DNA of 64,000 bases from Nymphaea colorata (GCF_008831285.2 NC_045138.2:20832001-20896000); one strand, 5' to 3'. Positions 1 to 13,871 are shown, counted from the first letter of the stretch. Translations and numbers: made by a program. The notes: generated by a model not told the origin, from the letters alone.

Positions 1-355
1 AATATCCAAATTGGGGCATCCAACTGGACTGTCCCTATCTAGTTGCAGGTTTTGGCAGAGGGGCAATCATTCAAAAAAAAAAAAAAAAAAAGACACTCAA
101 TATGCACCATATACAAAAAAAAGTAAATGACTAATGGGCACTCAGCATATAAAATACACAAATAGGTTAGGTCAACTAATATCTATATAAGTGGTTTTCA
201 TGGAACTGTGTGGGCAACTGCCTACACGTGGCCGGGCCCTGTCGAGTTAGTATACTGTTAGAGGAAAAACATTAACCAAGTGGACCCCAGCTAAGCGAGG
301 AAGGCAGATGAGGAAAACCACTCTCACCCTAATCTATCTCAACAGTGCAAGGAAG

Positions 356-544
356 TAGGGGCGAAGCCAGAAATTTTCATGAAGGGGGCCAAATTAAAGT
401 TTCTAAATTTTGTTTGAGGCTGAAATATCATTTTTTAAAATTTTTATATAAAACAAGTGAAATTTTTTAAAATTTACATGTATTTTTTTAAAAAAAAATT
501 GAGCTGGGGTCAGGGCCCACGCACGCCCCCTGGCTCTGCCCCTA
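356..544. mobile_element. Short non-autonomous hAT-type MITE (189 bp)
   Basis: Terminal inverted repeats TAGGGGCGAAGCCAG / CTGGCTCTGCCCCTA, with a perfect 8-bp target-site duplication CAAGGAAG (348-355, 545-552). AT-rich core recurs elsewhere (~28415-28580, 33254-33450, ~38709-38825, ~46530-46710). Confidence 0.85.
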
Positions 545-2747
545 CAAGGAAGAGTAATGCCCTTAGGAATAAAACAAGAAACGCGCCTTATCTCGTGTTT
601 CCTGCTGTTAAGCTCCTTGTGGAGAGGGAGGGAGAGAAAGTAGTGCCTATTGTGCCAAGAGGTATACGGCAAAAAAGGAGAGTCTTGGTCCTCTTAAGAA
701 ATAAGAAAGGAATTTTCTACTCAACTACCGTACCGTTTTAGATAGAGATCTTAAAAATTTAATTTGTATTTGATGGTTGAGCCCGAATGTGATTTAGCAT
801 TCAATTCAATTCAAATCAACAATCTCGGTAGAATATCTATGATTATGCCTACCTGGTGCATATAGAGATATTGGATTATTTCCCGAAAGATGGAGAAGCT
901 GAGGCTGAACGCACCTCTACTAGATTATGCCAGTAGAGATTGCATCAACATATGACATTCTTCAACTTAAAGGTCGTAAATTCAACCCCGGTTATATGCA
1001 GTGACGGAGCGAGAAAATTTTTTTAGAAGAGCGCCGATTCATAAGTTTTCATATTTGAAGGGACACTTATCTGTATAAAAAAATGAATATTGAACGACCT
1101 TAATATAAAAAGGAAAGAAAATTGAGAAACCAGCCTATATGTGGCTCTAGCTTTTCATTTTTCCCTTTGGGATTACATTTACCCTTTACCGACAAGCCTA
1201 GTTGAAAACAAAACAAGAAAAATGGTTTCAGATTAAATTTTGAATTTTTTTGCCATGTCCCAAAAACTTGAGTATCTTAGAGCCGTAGCCAAACTATTGC
1301 AATAATAACGAAAAAAATAAAGAAAGCGAAAAAAGGAAAATATCACGATATTTTGAAAAAGCGTTAAAAATCCAATTTATCGTGTTGGTCTTGTGATTTT
1401 ATCATTTATTCATTTTTTTGTTTCATTTTCTGTTTTTATTTTTTTTTTCAACTTTTGTTTCATTGCTTTCATTTCCACTTGTTTTAGGTATCTAATGTGA
1501 CCTCTTAAATACAATTAAATACTTGCTATTTTTTTCAGTTCTTATATTTTTAGTTAACATTTTGATTGTTTATTTAAAAAAAAACCTGAGATTTTTTCAA
1601 AAGAAACAAATTTTCTGTAAGGTACCCAAGAAAAACCTCCTCGAGAAAAACTCCAAAATGGTGTTTATAGCTATGCTTAGAGCAATCCACTTTACTTAAG
1701 TTTGGTTTTCTGAATTGTTTGTGGGCATGGATGTTCCACAGGAATGGAGAATGGTCAGGACAGTCTCCATTTCAATCTGGTCAGACCAATTCCCCATACT
1801 TGTCTACTCTTTCTCTCTCGTTTCCATAATTTTCATGTCTCAGAATCAAACGCACAAGAAGCTTTTCTCAGAAATGTACGTATTAAATGCTCACACGTTA
1901 AGATAAGGTCAGTTTGGTAGACAAAGAAAAAAAACATTAGAAAATATGATTAATCTTAAGTGGGCAGTGTTTGGATGGAGAGAAGTGAGAGGATGCTAAT
2001 AATGGATGAAAAATGATGGATTAACAATTGGGAGGGAAGATAGATGAAGGGCAAGGAAAAAAACTGTCTTTAATTTTCGTTCTAATCTCACCAATCTTAT
2101 AGGGATTGGAATTAAGGACAATCCTTTCCTTCACCTCGGTTTCCTTTCATTTCTCTTGCATCCAAACATAGTTAAAACATGTTTCATTTCCCTTCCCACC
2201 TCCTCAATAAACCACCCAAACACTGGAACGCTTGTCATTTCCCTCACTTTCCCTCCAATGCAAACAAGAGATCAGGCTTCGCCACAAAGATAAACCAGAA
2301 TTTTATGAAGAGCTGACCAATGAAAAACAAAATTCAAACTTAATATCCCCTTTAAGAATTGAGCATGTCCCTCTTTTCCAACATTTATAAAAATTAAATA
2401 GATGCCAACAGCGGTTCACATTCTGCCGGATATTTCTATCTATATCTTGCTTTGGTCAAAAGTGTGAGAATTTCAGAAAAAGGTTTGCAGTTTATCTCGA
2501 TAAGAGCAGTTTCATAACAAAATTTGAATGAGAATCAGACTTTTGAGTTGATTGGGAACCAATTAAAAGTACCTTCAGATAATACATAAATGTTGGATAT
2601 ATGGTAGCCTGTTCCAAATTTACTTCTGGAAAATAGATTCTGAATTTGAGCACACGCCTGGCTTCGAGTACATGGAACTCATTCAAGTCGTATTCAAGAA
2701 AACCGAAACTGAGCCCAAATTCCAACCAGTTTACGCCCGCTACATTG

Positions 2748-2750
<3 letters not shown>

Positions 2751-2792
<42 letters not shown>
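2751..2792. repeat. (CT)n microsatellite
   Basis: About 20 uninterrupted CT units. Confidence 0.95.
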
Positions 2793-2796
<4 letters not shown>

Positions 2797-4303
2797 CGCT
2801 CACTGTTGCGTCCCCCTCTTCATGAGCAGAAGTTCCTTTCGCCTTACATACTGTGTGGGCAAGTGCCCACACAGACTCATTAAAAAAAAAAATCGTATTT
2901 TCATATTGATATTTTGTGAAATTTTTCTTCGTTTACTTATTGATGTCTCTTAAAAACCTAAAATTTTATAACTAATGTCCCTTAACTATAATTTTCTGGC
3001 CCTGAACTTGGATATAAGTTCAACGTGGTTACATTTCTTTTGTTGAAAAGGAGATTGGTAGACGTAATCATCTACGACGGCATTGTATTTGTTGCGGCCA
3101 TCTTGCAGCTCACAGACGGAAGACCCTCTATTGTTTATATCTTTATTTGCTCTGTTTAGAGTAAGAGTGGAACTGAATTTTTTTGAGGGGCAAATCAAAC
3201 AATCCAACCTCTGGACTCAGATGAGATCAAATTGCACCCCAAACAATATATGACGCAACTAAAAATTTTCAATTTTTTCAATGATTTTTTTTTTTCAATT
3301 CGCTAAGGTGGGGCCACGGCCCAGGCGACCCCTCCCCCCTCCCTCTGCCCCTTCTTGAGCTTGGTTGAGGAGTTGTGGTTTTTGCTTTGTTCCTCGGTCT
3401 TTTATTCTTTACTATTGTGTTCTTTTCTTTTTTTCTTTCAATAAATGGATTTGTGCACACTCCAATGCATGAAAATTTGAACATAAAAGTATATAATAAC
3501 TAAAATACCTGATTAAAATCAAAATAATAGCTAAAATACCCTTGATTAAAAAGTGAAAAGATAACTGCTTGAGAGGGTAAAAAGGAATTATTAAAAAGTC
3601 AAAAGTTCAAAAAGTACATTTTTTATTAAAAAAAACTCTAAAATAGCATAAAGTCCGCCTTCTTTTTGTTTCAAGGCATATTTGTTGAGACGTTAAAAGT
3701 TGAAAAAATACATTTTTTATAAAAAATTCCTAAAATACTCTAAAAATCTTCTTCTTGCAAGTAGCAAAGAGAGTGAAAGAAGTAATATTGAACTGATTGT
3801 TACTACCAACACTTAGGGCTGAACTGGATAACTGGTTCTATCCTCATGGATATGGATCTTAGACCGATCAAGACTTGGGTCTACACCTCATACTATTATC
3901 TTCAAAGCCAAATGCGTCTAGCTTTAGTTGCATATGACGCATGATTGATTATCCATCTACTTCAAAGAAACCAGATTGGGTTATCCGTCACCCTCGTCCA
4001 TACTTGGATCTGGATTCAAACTCTAACTATTCATTAGATTCTCTTATACTTAAGTTGTCGTATTGGGCTCTCTTATACTTAAGTAGCAAGTTGGCATTTT
4101 CAATGTCTATTATGCACTTTATTTTTATTTCCACTTTTCAATATGGACCACCATTTTTTTTTCCTTCTCCTTTTTCTTCCCCTTTTTTGCTTTCGAATGT
4201 TTCCCATGTGCTTTTGATAGTTCTTGTTTTCACTTTTCGAAAATTAACCAGCTTTCTGTTTTTAATGGTTTAGTTAAAGTTTTCTATTTTTTATATGCAG
4301 ATT

Positions 4304-6397
4304 ATGGATTGTACAACATCAGGTGTCAATGCTTTTAGTTTCGTCTCTGCTAACAATATAGAAGTTGACATATCTACGAAAACCAAGTCACTAAGATCAG
4401 CGGTATGGAAGGAGTTCAGCAGGACAATAAACGAATCAGGTATTCAACGTGCTGTTTGTCAACACTGTAAAATATCTATGGATTGCAATAGTAAGATGGG
4501 CACCACACATTTGAAGAATCATTTAAAATCATGTCCTAAAAGGCCTAACTTAGAATCATGTCAACAATGTCTGGTTTTTGGTGAAAATGATGGAAAATGT
4601 ATTGTTGGTACTTTCAAGTTTGATTCAGATAAAAGCCGACAAGATTTAGCCAATATGATTATTCTTCATGAATATCCATTTTGTATAGTTGGTCATTCTG
4701 GATTTCAGAAGTTTGTTAAAGGATTACAACCACAGTTTAAGTTATTATCACGTAACACTATTAGATTAAATTGCATACATATTTATGAAGATGAAATGAC
4801 AAAATTACGTACTATTTTGGAGAAGACTAATGGAAGGATTAGTCTTACATCTGACATGTGGACTTCGTCTTGTCAAAAACGTGGTTATTTATGTTTGACT
4901 GCACATTATATTGATAATAGTTGGGAAATAAAAAATAAAGTTCTCAACTTTGTTATGGTTGAAACACCTCATATAGGAGAAAGACTTGCATCAGTCATCA
5001 AAGATTGTTTACTAAAATGGAACATTGATCGCAAGTTATTTTCAATTACATTAGATAATTGTTCGACAAATGATATCATGGTTACAAAATTGATAGAGTG
5101 GCTTCTTGAAAAGGATGCACTTGTCTGTAATGGAAAATTTTTTTAAATTAGATGTGCTGTTCATTCTTAATTTGGTTGTGCCAGATAGTGTTAAAGAAAT
5201 AAGTGATGTGATTGACAAGATCAGAGAAAGCATAAAATATATTAAGACATCTCCAGCTTGATGTGAAATTTTTGATCGAGCAGTGCGTCATGTCGAAGTT
5301 ACTTGTGAGAAACAGTTGTGTCTTGATGTTCCAACTAGATGGAACTCAACATTTCTTATGCTTGATGTAGCTTTACAATATAAAGAAGCTTTTGGTCGTT
5401 TTGAAGAACTTGATCGTCACTATCATTTCAGACCGACAAAAGACGAGTGGAAGAAGGTTACTATTATTCATAACAGTTTGAAGGTATTTTATGATGCTAC
5501 TAATGCCATTTCTGCAGTCAAGCGTCCAACTTCCAATATCTTCTTTAAAGAGTTTTGTGAGATAAAGATGGAAATTGAAAAAATGTGTTCAAGTTCAGAT
5601 ATTTGCCTTTCAAATATGACAATGAGGATGGAAAACAAAGTTTGACAAGTATTGAGATATATGCAATTTAATTTTAGTAGTTGCAATGGTATTTGATCCT
5701 CGTTATGAGATGAAAATAATTGAGTTTTATTATAGGCAATTTTATAACGATGAAGCATATGAGCTTGTATCTGCAATTAAGAATTATCTTTGTGATCTTT
5801 ATGATGAATATAAAGCTACTTATGCATTGAAGACACTCTCTACTGGTACTGGTTATATTGTTAATGTTGAGAAGGATAATGAAGCATCTAGTTCGACTTC
5901 TTTGATTGAGGTTTCTTCTAATAAGAAGCCTAGAACAAGTGCACTAGATGACTTTTTTGAAGAATAATCACAAAGTCAACGCACAAAATCAGATTTGGAG
6001 TTGTATTTGGAAGAGCCCCTTTACCCAAAAAACAATCCAATTGACATTTTGACTTGGTGGAAAGTCAATGCACCTAAATACCCTGTGTTATCTAGAATGA
6101 TATATGATATTTTGGCTCTTCCTATATCAACTGTTGCATCAGAGTCAATATTTAGTACAAGTGGAAGTATTCTTGATTTATACAAAAGTAGATTAGGTTG
6201 CAAGATCGTAGAGGCTTTGATTTGTGCACAAGATTGGTTGCGAGATAAGACTGAAGGTAATTTACTTATTATTAATGTTTTTAAACATATTTTTGTGTTG
6301 CTTATTTTATTCTTTGTTAGATGATTCCGATTTGCCTACACGTTTACCTAAAGAGGAAGCACCATTTGCATCTGCATACATTGAAACTGAATCATAA
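4304..6397 (+). pseudogene. Decayed hAT-superfamily transposase (BED zinc finger, RICESLEEPER/DAYSLEEPER-like)
   Basis: BED finger (VWKEF...CQHC...GTTHLKNHLKSC), SLTSDMWTS, ITLDN, LDVPTRWNST, DPRY, and hAT dimerisation domain (DILTWWK...PISTVASESIFSTSG). Broken by stops (5144-5146, 5259-5261, 5965-5967) and frameshifts (~5160, ~5645). Probable short terminal intron 6257-6320, stop at 6395-6397. Confidence 0.92.
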
Positions 6398-7255
6398 ATT
6401 AGAGGTATATATTCTTTTGTATTTATCTATTTTCATTAAATCAATTAAAACCTAGAGTTATGTATCAAGTGAGTCTAAGATGTTTATTTAATTAAAGTTT
6501 TCATTTGCATAATGCATGTTAATTTGATATCATTATCCTTAGGACATTAATATATCCAAACAAAAAGGTCCTATCCTTTGTGGCAAATGAAGGCATTGAA
6601 AGAAAAATTTTATAAGCTTGGACTGTATGATGATTTTTTTTTATTATTATTGAAGATGTGAAGGATGACTCGTCTAGTCTCTTATTGCATCAATGAACAA
6701 CAAAGTACAATTTTTGGAAATTTATATCAAAGAAGGTGGACTTTTGTTTCATATCAGAGTTTTGTTTTGAGAATTAAGGTTTTTGTGCCTTTCTCACCAA
6801 TTACTTTCATTTGTATGTTATAACAGTTCAAGTGTACATATCAGCCACAGAGATTCCATCAAGTTTCATTGACAACCTCAAGTGCCGAAAGACTCACTAA
6901 CTTTCATGATTATGAAGTATAAGAATTGAGGCGTTGAAAGCTTCAGACTGTATAGTTTTTTGCAGATGCCTAGATATTTAATGGAAACTTATTAGGCAGT
7001 CTTGCTCGTCGCCCTTTATGCTTTGGGCGTTTTTTTGTTTTTTGTTTTGTTTTTAAAAAAACATTGGTAATTAACGTCCATGGAGGCGCTTGGTAAAAAA
7101 ATACATGATACTTTGTTAGGCAGGCAGAAGGTGCAGCTATTGTAGTAACAATGTCTTATATATTGCCTTGTGGGCCCTTTCTTGAGCAGTGAGAAACAAG
7201 AAGTAGTGGAATTAATTTTTTTAGCAATTTAAAAGTTAGTTTTGGATGTTAAAAT

Positions 7256-7673
7256 TTGGATTCGGATTGAAATCGGATAATGAAATAAAAAGTCGGATTC
7301 AGATTGAAATCGGATAATGAAATAAAAAGTCGGATTCAGATTGAAATCGGATAATGAAATAAAAAGTCGGATTCGGATTGAAATCGGATATTGAAATAAA
7401 AAGTCGGATTCGGATTGAAATCGGATATTGAAATAAAAAGTTGGATTCGGATTTTAATCGGGTTTTGGATTTTTAAAGCCGGATTCGGATTCGAAACCAG
7501 ATTTTGATTTAAAAGTCGGATTGGGATCGGATTCGGATAAGGTTTTAAAAATCGGATTCGGATATTTTTTAGATTTTTTTTCATCCGAATTCGAATTTGA
7601 AAATATGTATATCCGAAAAGTCAGATATGATAAAGAGTATATTCGATCCGAATCCGATCCGTTGACATCCCTA
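7256..7673. mobile_element. hAT-type right end: 37-bp subterminal tandem repeat plus TIR
   Basis: Five 37-bp units TCGGATTC(A/G)GATTGAAATCGGATA(A/T)TGAAATAAAAAG start at 7256, 7293, 7330, 7367 and 7404. They are followed by TCGGAT/ATCCGA motifs and the terminus CCGTTGACATCCCTA, the reverse complement of the TIR at 30952. Confidence 0.8.
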
Positions 7674-8922
7674 GTTGAGCCTTAGTGAGTTATTTTTATA
7701 AACATGAACTTTCATTCAGTCGAATATCAAGCCCAAAATTGTTTTTCTGATCACATTTTCGAGTAATTATAGTGGACGTAGGTGAGTTTTTGTTACTGAC
7801 TTTGTCACGTTTCTAGTCCTCTGTCTAAGGTAGAAGTTAGTTGGGGCATTTGTTTATTATTTACTTTACAAGTGCACTACAAATAGCATAGAGAATTTAA
7901 AAGTTTAGAATGTCCGTGAAATATTCAAATTTAAAGAAAAGACTATATCATATCCAGATTCATACTTGGATTTGCAATATCAATCCAAATCCATTTTCAA
8001 ATTCACCTTAGCTAAATCCAAACCACAATATATTATGTTTAGGATAAGGAAAAGGTTAACAATCCATTGTCTTTGTCTTTGGGGTTTTAAACTATGTGAA
8101 AGCAGTGGACCCTTCACCATACATACAACATCCAACCACTTAAGATGGACGAAACAGAAAAGTATAATACCTAGATCGAACCACACCTAGATCGAACCAC
8201 GGGACCCCTAGCTTGGCCAGGTATGTTATGCCTGTTGAGAACACGTTGAAGGTATATTGACATTAGATATAAAATATTTATTTCACACTAAATCTGATTT
8301 AAATCTAAATTCAAGTCTAATCAGATATTTGTTTAAACCCAAATTCAAATTCGAATCCGGTTAAACGTCATCTTGGAGTTTAATTTGGATATATATAAAA
8401 TATTTAAAGCAGCACGCTTCCTAAGTAGGTGGAAGTTCGTATTTTCGAAAAATTCGCCCCAGCCCTCAAACGCATAAAAGGAATCCGCGATGGCGCGAAA
8501 CGACGATCTTATTTTTTTGCCCTAACAAAACTGCCGCCGCGGTGCGATCCTCCTCCTCCTCCCCCTCGCAGCAGACCACCATACGCGCAGAACAGCCGCA
8601 GCAGTGGGAGCCTTGCGTTCCTCTCTCTCCGTCTCTTAGGTGGGTCTCTCTCCCTTCCTGTTCCTCTCTTGCAAGCAGCGTCAGCCGGAGAAGGCCGAGA
8701 CGAGGACGGTCGACGGCCTGATTTTTATGGAAGCTGAAAAGAATTTGGCGAAAAAGAAAAGAGAACGAAAACATATTGTCAAAACTTTGCAATAGATATC
8801 AATCTCTGTTTGCATTCTCATGAATAACTTTTAGCAACTCTGGCATTCCTTCCTCTTCAGGAATCTTCTCTTCTATTTATTTTGAAAGCTCGCATGCTTA
8901 TTGTGTAGCCAATTTAGCGCAA

Positions 8923-11776
8923 ATGGTAAAAATGAAGATGAAACGGAGTGGTGGCAGTTTAGAAAGGGCGATGTCACAACGCAGTAAAGAAGCTCCTGAC
9001 TTCTTGGTATTCAATCATCATCCAGTTTCTATGGAAGTTTTATTGGTGTTCCACTGCTAGGTATTGTTTTTTCATTTTTGGTTTCTTATCAAGCCTTTGG
9101 AAGGTGGTCCTGGGAGTCGATTGCCTAAAGAATATGAAGAGCCATCTGCATTGAATTCCAGTGTCTTGTATATCGGCCGCATACCTCATGGATTTTATGA
9201 AGAACAGATGCAAGGTACATTTTAACTTTTAAGTAGCTGTTATTGCTTCTTCCCATGTTACTTCATAGATGTTATCGTTGAAAACTTAAAGCTAGTTCAC
9301 ATTTTCAGGTTTCTTTAAACAGTTTGGGACTATCAAGAGATTGCGGTTGGCACGAAACAGAAAGGTTTTCTCTACACTTTGTATATTACATTGTATCTGA
9401 GCTGAAGAAGGAAGAAGTTATAGCTAAAAGCTAGTCTTCATTTGCTTCTCTAGCATGTAATCTCAAAGTTATGATGTTAGCATCTACGTTGAGGTAGTAA
9501 TATGATGTCTTTTGAATCATATTCACACTTTTTTAATTTTTTCTAATATAGGAGTAATCCGCCTTTTGTTTTGAATTTGGGGGATCTTTTTTGGTTTGAC
9601 TTGGTGGTACAGTTGTAGCATTGCTGGATCAGACTAGACTATAATTTAAGAATTAAGACTACCAACGTGCTGTGGGATACACAGATGCAGATGCACAAAA
9701 AGTCTTTAATTGCTATCCGTTACTTATCATGAAGTGGAAATTAAATTACTATCTCATTTTTACCATCCAATTGAAGTGTTTATGTCTGTAAACTTGTCAC
9801 TTTTGACATAGCACGGGGCAGTTTCTTAAGTGGGCATTTTGGCTGCTTAAATTTTATGCGTGTGTCTACTGCAATTCATATGTATTATACGATCAATTAT
9901 GTTGGTAGAGGAGTCAAAGCAGACAAAACTAAGGGAAAGCTGAAACAAAAAAGTCTGATGGCTATGCTACTTTTATATGTAAAACTGAAATGAATATAGC
10001 TTGTTTTTGGTTACTGTTATCACAAGCTGGTGAATGTTCTGTTAAGGAACCGTGGTTTCTCCCGTTGCTTTATGGAAAACGGCAGGCATTTACTCATTCT
10101 TTTTTCTTTTCCATTTGCAATTAGTTTTTGTGAGTCCTGCACTTTCTAAGTAGAAGTGCTACTTGGTGGAATCCCTAAAAGCGCCTAGGCAGGATAAGTC
10201 TTTTTCAAATGAAGAGAAGATAACATAACAAACAAAATTGGCCGAAGAATAAGTATATAACTGTTGTGAACCTAGTATACCACATGATCATGCATTTTCT
10301 GTCATTGATCATGCATATGTGCTACCAAACATTCACACTATCTCATTGTGATTAATAAATGCATCCAATAGTCTTTCTGAACATTCAATAAGAAAACAAC
10401 CAATGAATAATCAAGCATGGGAAGAACAGAAGGAACTACATGCATTACAAAAATACAAAAAAAAAAAGCACAGAAAATATGTGTGTTGTCTATATGTACA
10501 TATATATATTTGTATGCACATTGTGTATGTGCATGTGTGGGTTTCCGCGGTTGAAGAATCTGCTTTCATATGCATAGAAAATACGTATGTGCTATCTATA
10601 AATATGTGTATGCATATCTCCGTGTATGTTCATGTGTGGGCTTCTCCAGTTGAAAAAGCTGCCTTCATGAACAAATGATTTCCTGATGCACTTTTACAGT
10701 TTTACCTTTGTATTGCTGCTTGAATATTTTCATTTTGCTTAACCTACTTCTTTAATGCAGACAGGGAACTCTAAACATTATGGGTTCATTAAATTCGAGT
10801 CACCTGAGGTAAGTAAGAGTTTCTCAACCTGCATCTGTCTTATATTTCTCTAATGCAGTGCAGGTAACCCCCTTGCTATGTTGCAGGTGGCTAAAATTGT
10901 TGCTGATTGTATGCATAATTATCTGCTATTTGAGCACATGCTACAAGTTCATGTAGTTCCATCTGAGAGAGTTCATCCAAATATGTATGTTATTCGCGTA
11001 CTGAGCTGATGATTGCTTTTCTCTTTTCAACATTGATGGCCATGCTCATGCACCTGCATGTGTAGGTGTGTGGATGCCCATCACTTGTAAATACTTGTTT
11101 TTTGCTACCATGTTCTGTTTCAATTTTTAGTTTTGCTTCCCTCTTTGCGAACCTTAGGTTGTCTACTACATGGTTATTCAAAATTTCAAACTATGCTGTA
11201 ACAGAGAAATTTTTAATTTATTATTTTAAATGCAAATAGCTATCAGGCCTTGTGATTCTTTAAATTACTTGGTTTCTCCTTGTCAGGTGGAAGCAGGCAA
11301 AGCAAAAATATGATCCATCAAGAGGGAGAAGACTTGAGCGGATGAGACATAATAAGGTTGGTCCAGCATTTGTGCTTCTATGAGATTAGCATTAGATAAA
11401 ACATAGAGAAATTTTGGATGATACGTGGAGATCTTTTCTTTTTATAGAGAGATGGGATGTGTGTTCTTTCAAGTTATCTGTTCTGAATTAACAATTACTT
11501 GGATGATCAGAACCTGTTCTGTTGTGCTGCAGGACAGGACTGCTGAAGAGCACAAGAAGTTGGTGGAGGCAATCATGCGGAGGGATCTTAAGCGAAGAAA
11601 GAAAATAAAAGCTGCTTGTATTGACTATGAATGTCCAGATATGGTGAGTGCATCCTTCATATCATTCTTTTCATCTCTTGTTTACTATTTGTGCTTACCT
11701 TTGTCTTTTTATTATTTTTCAGGTAGGGAGTGTTCAGCCTATCCCCACGAAAATGAAGTTCTCGGAGGAAGAATAG
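8923..11776 (+). CDS. Nucleolar RRM protein, NOP15/NIFK (MKI67 FHA-interacting)-like, ribosome biogenesis
   Basis: GT-AG exons 8923-9006, 9094-9214, 9309-9364, 10761-10808, 10887-10984, 11287-11356, 11533-11643 and 11723-11776 give one open frame: ...DFLPLEGGP...VLYIGRIPHGFYEEQMQGFFKQFGTIKRLRLARNRKTGNSKHYGFIKFESPEVAKIVADCMHNYLLFEHMLQVHVVP...IDYECP. RNP2/RNP1 motifs are typical of this family. Confidence 0.9.
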
Positions 11777-12790
11777 ATTGATATTTTTCTCTGTGATTTT
11801 GCTTACCTAAATGGGTGTAGCTTCAATTTCCTATTCCCAGATTTGTTCACTTGCGATATATACAGCATTATACTTCCGAATGAATTTATCTGCATATTGC
11901 TAGAAAATCTTACCTAGGTATAACTGAAAAGCAGCCGAGTCAAAACTAACATTTTGTCCTGTGGATTTGGCTTGGACGATAGAGTGGCGATTAGAAGAAA
12001 CCGGATGATATCAAAGGGCTTGTAGGGAAGGTAAACAAAAGGTTGGTTAAATTAAAACGGCCAAGTAAAATCTCATTTTTCAGATTCCATTATCTAAGTA
12101 TGCCTTAACCTCTACTGCCAGACTTTCAAGATCTTTTAAAGGCAGCTGACACCCATATTATCTTGTGTGACTATACTAAGTCTTGCCTATCCATACAGGT
12201 TCCCTGTTAATGGGCCAGCTTTTCTGACGGTGCAGTTCGTGGGCATCGTGTATAGCCATTTCAATTCTACTGTCACGACTGCAGACTATCGGAGAACCCA
12301 CAATATATATGGATTCAATAAACTGGACAGTAGTGATAATAGTCCACTTGGCCAGGTTCAAGGCTGGGTGCCACGAAATTTGATTTATCTGCATTATTTC
12401 CCATAAATATACAAAAAAACACAAAGGCGACATGATTTTCCTTTTAAAGATGGAATACATATATTGGTGCAATATAACTGCCAGCCGTTTTTTTTCTCTT
12501 TAGATACTCCACCTGATCTTTGCCTAAAAGGGTTGGTGTGCAACAAACCTGCTGGAGAAGTCCTCCGAAGTTCTTTGTCCTGGAAGATCTTCTTATTTCA
12601 GGGCAAGTACAAGCATTTCTTATTCAGCAGATGGGAAATGTGATTTCCTCCAAAACGTCTTATCCTCCATACTCAGACCCACCTCTGATTCCACTATTAC
12701 CCAACAAGCCCCTTGAGAAGCAGTTTGAATACATATTTGCTTTGGACCTAAACTCTGCCAGGCACCTGCAATCAATGAAGTTTGCAGCCA

Positions 12791-12884
12791 CCATCTCATT
12801 TCCTCTGTCACCTGCGTGGTGTCTGCATTCACCACGGCCATCTCATTTCCTCTCTGTCACCTGCATGGTGTCTGCATTCACCAC
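12791..12884. repeat. Tandem duplication of ~47 bp
   Basis: CCATCTCATTTCCTCT(CT)GTCACCTGC(G/A)TGGTGTCTGCATTCACCAC occurs twice, at 12791 and 12838. Confidence 0.9.
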
Positions 12885-12949
12885 TGTTAAATCAACTAGT
12901 GCTAGAACGTTTTCCCATTGCCAATACATAGTCATGAAACATGTTTTGG

Positions 12950-12973
12950 ACACACACACACACACACACACAT

Positions 12974-13012
<39 letters not shown>
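12950..13012. repeat. Compound (CA)n/(GA)n microsatellite
   Basis: A CA run is followed directly by a GA run. Confidence 0.95.
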
Positions 13013-13014
<2 letters not shown>

Positions 13015-13672
13015 CTGTAGATTTTGCTATTCAGGTTTGGATGGAGAGATCTTTGGACTCTATTTTACAAAATAACTTTTTGCACGTTAGAAGGATGTTT
13101 AGCTTTTAGGTACAAGCGCCAACCGTTGGTACAAGTGGATGAAGATGAAGTCAGTCCAACAACTGTCCTTGGTACAACGGGTGGTCATCGTTCGCTGTGA
13201 TCACCTTCGAGTCCATGTACCGCTACTTCACCGCTACGTAGTTGGGCAGACTCCCCGCCCTCGCTTCCTGAAGCTCTTGTAGAACATCGTCATTGAAATG
13301 TTCTGGTAGTATATCCCGAATTTCTCGTCCAGGCAGTCGAAGATGGTTCGATACGAGTTGCCATTGATCAGCAGTGCCAGAATGTTGGTTGTTGCCCCAT
13401 GCGACATTGAGGAGTGCTCGTGGTTTGGCTGCATTAACACTGGTCTGGGACAGAGACAGGCGATCCGTCGAACAAGGCGAACTCCGGGATGAGTACTGAC
13501 TTGGGGACGAAGCCGTTCATCACCTCGATCGGCATCGTGATGGAGTTGGTTATGGAGTAAGCCTATTGGGCCAAGCTGTTCAGGGCATTGAGAAGGCGGA
13601 GACATCCTCTGAGCCAAAAAATTTCTCTTGTATCGCCTGGAAATAGTGACCCATGTGGTACCAACGTAGCGG

Positions 13673-13871
13673 TAGGGGGTGGGCTTGATTTGCAATTGGG
13701 GCCTGGCTGGCCCGATTTGCAGCCTAGTCCAAGCTTATTCCCGACCATATTTAACTGCACCTACCCCGGCCCAACTCAACCCGACCTGTTCTTATCCCCG
13801 GCCCGGCCTTGTCCAGTCCAAACCTAGGCCAGTCCGATCCCGGCCTCAGCCCAGCCCAGGCAGAGACCCAG
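13673..13871. mobile_element. Truncated GC-rich hAT-type MITE
   Basis: Starts TAGGGGGTGGGC like the element at 49424 and is rich in GGCCC/CCCGG motifs. It ends abruptly at a copia RT fragment. Confidence 0.6.

Noticed and set aside
403..741. ORFs at the window start
   Set aside because: They overlap a MITE and are low-complexity with no motifs.
7256..7440. 37-bp repeats as a CRISPR array
   Set aside because: Units are contiguous with no spacers, the context is eukaryotic, there are no cas genes, and they sit next to a hAT TIR.
8429..8792. 102-aa and 108-aa ORFs upstream of the RRM gene
   Set aside because: GC-rich promoter/5' UTR sequence, no recognisable domain, and no ATG start.
10850..10866. 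Possible micro-exon (CAG-TGCAG-GTAAC) in RRM intron 4
   Set aside because: The intron is only 78 nt, so the flanking introns would be too short and the frame would shift.
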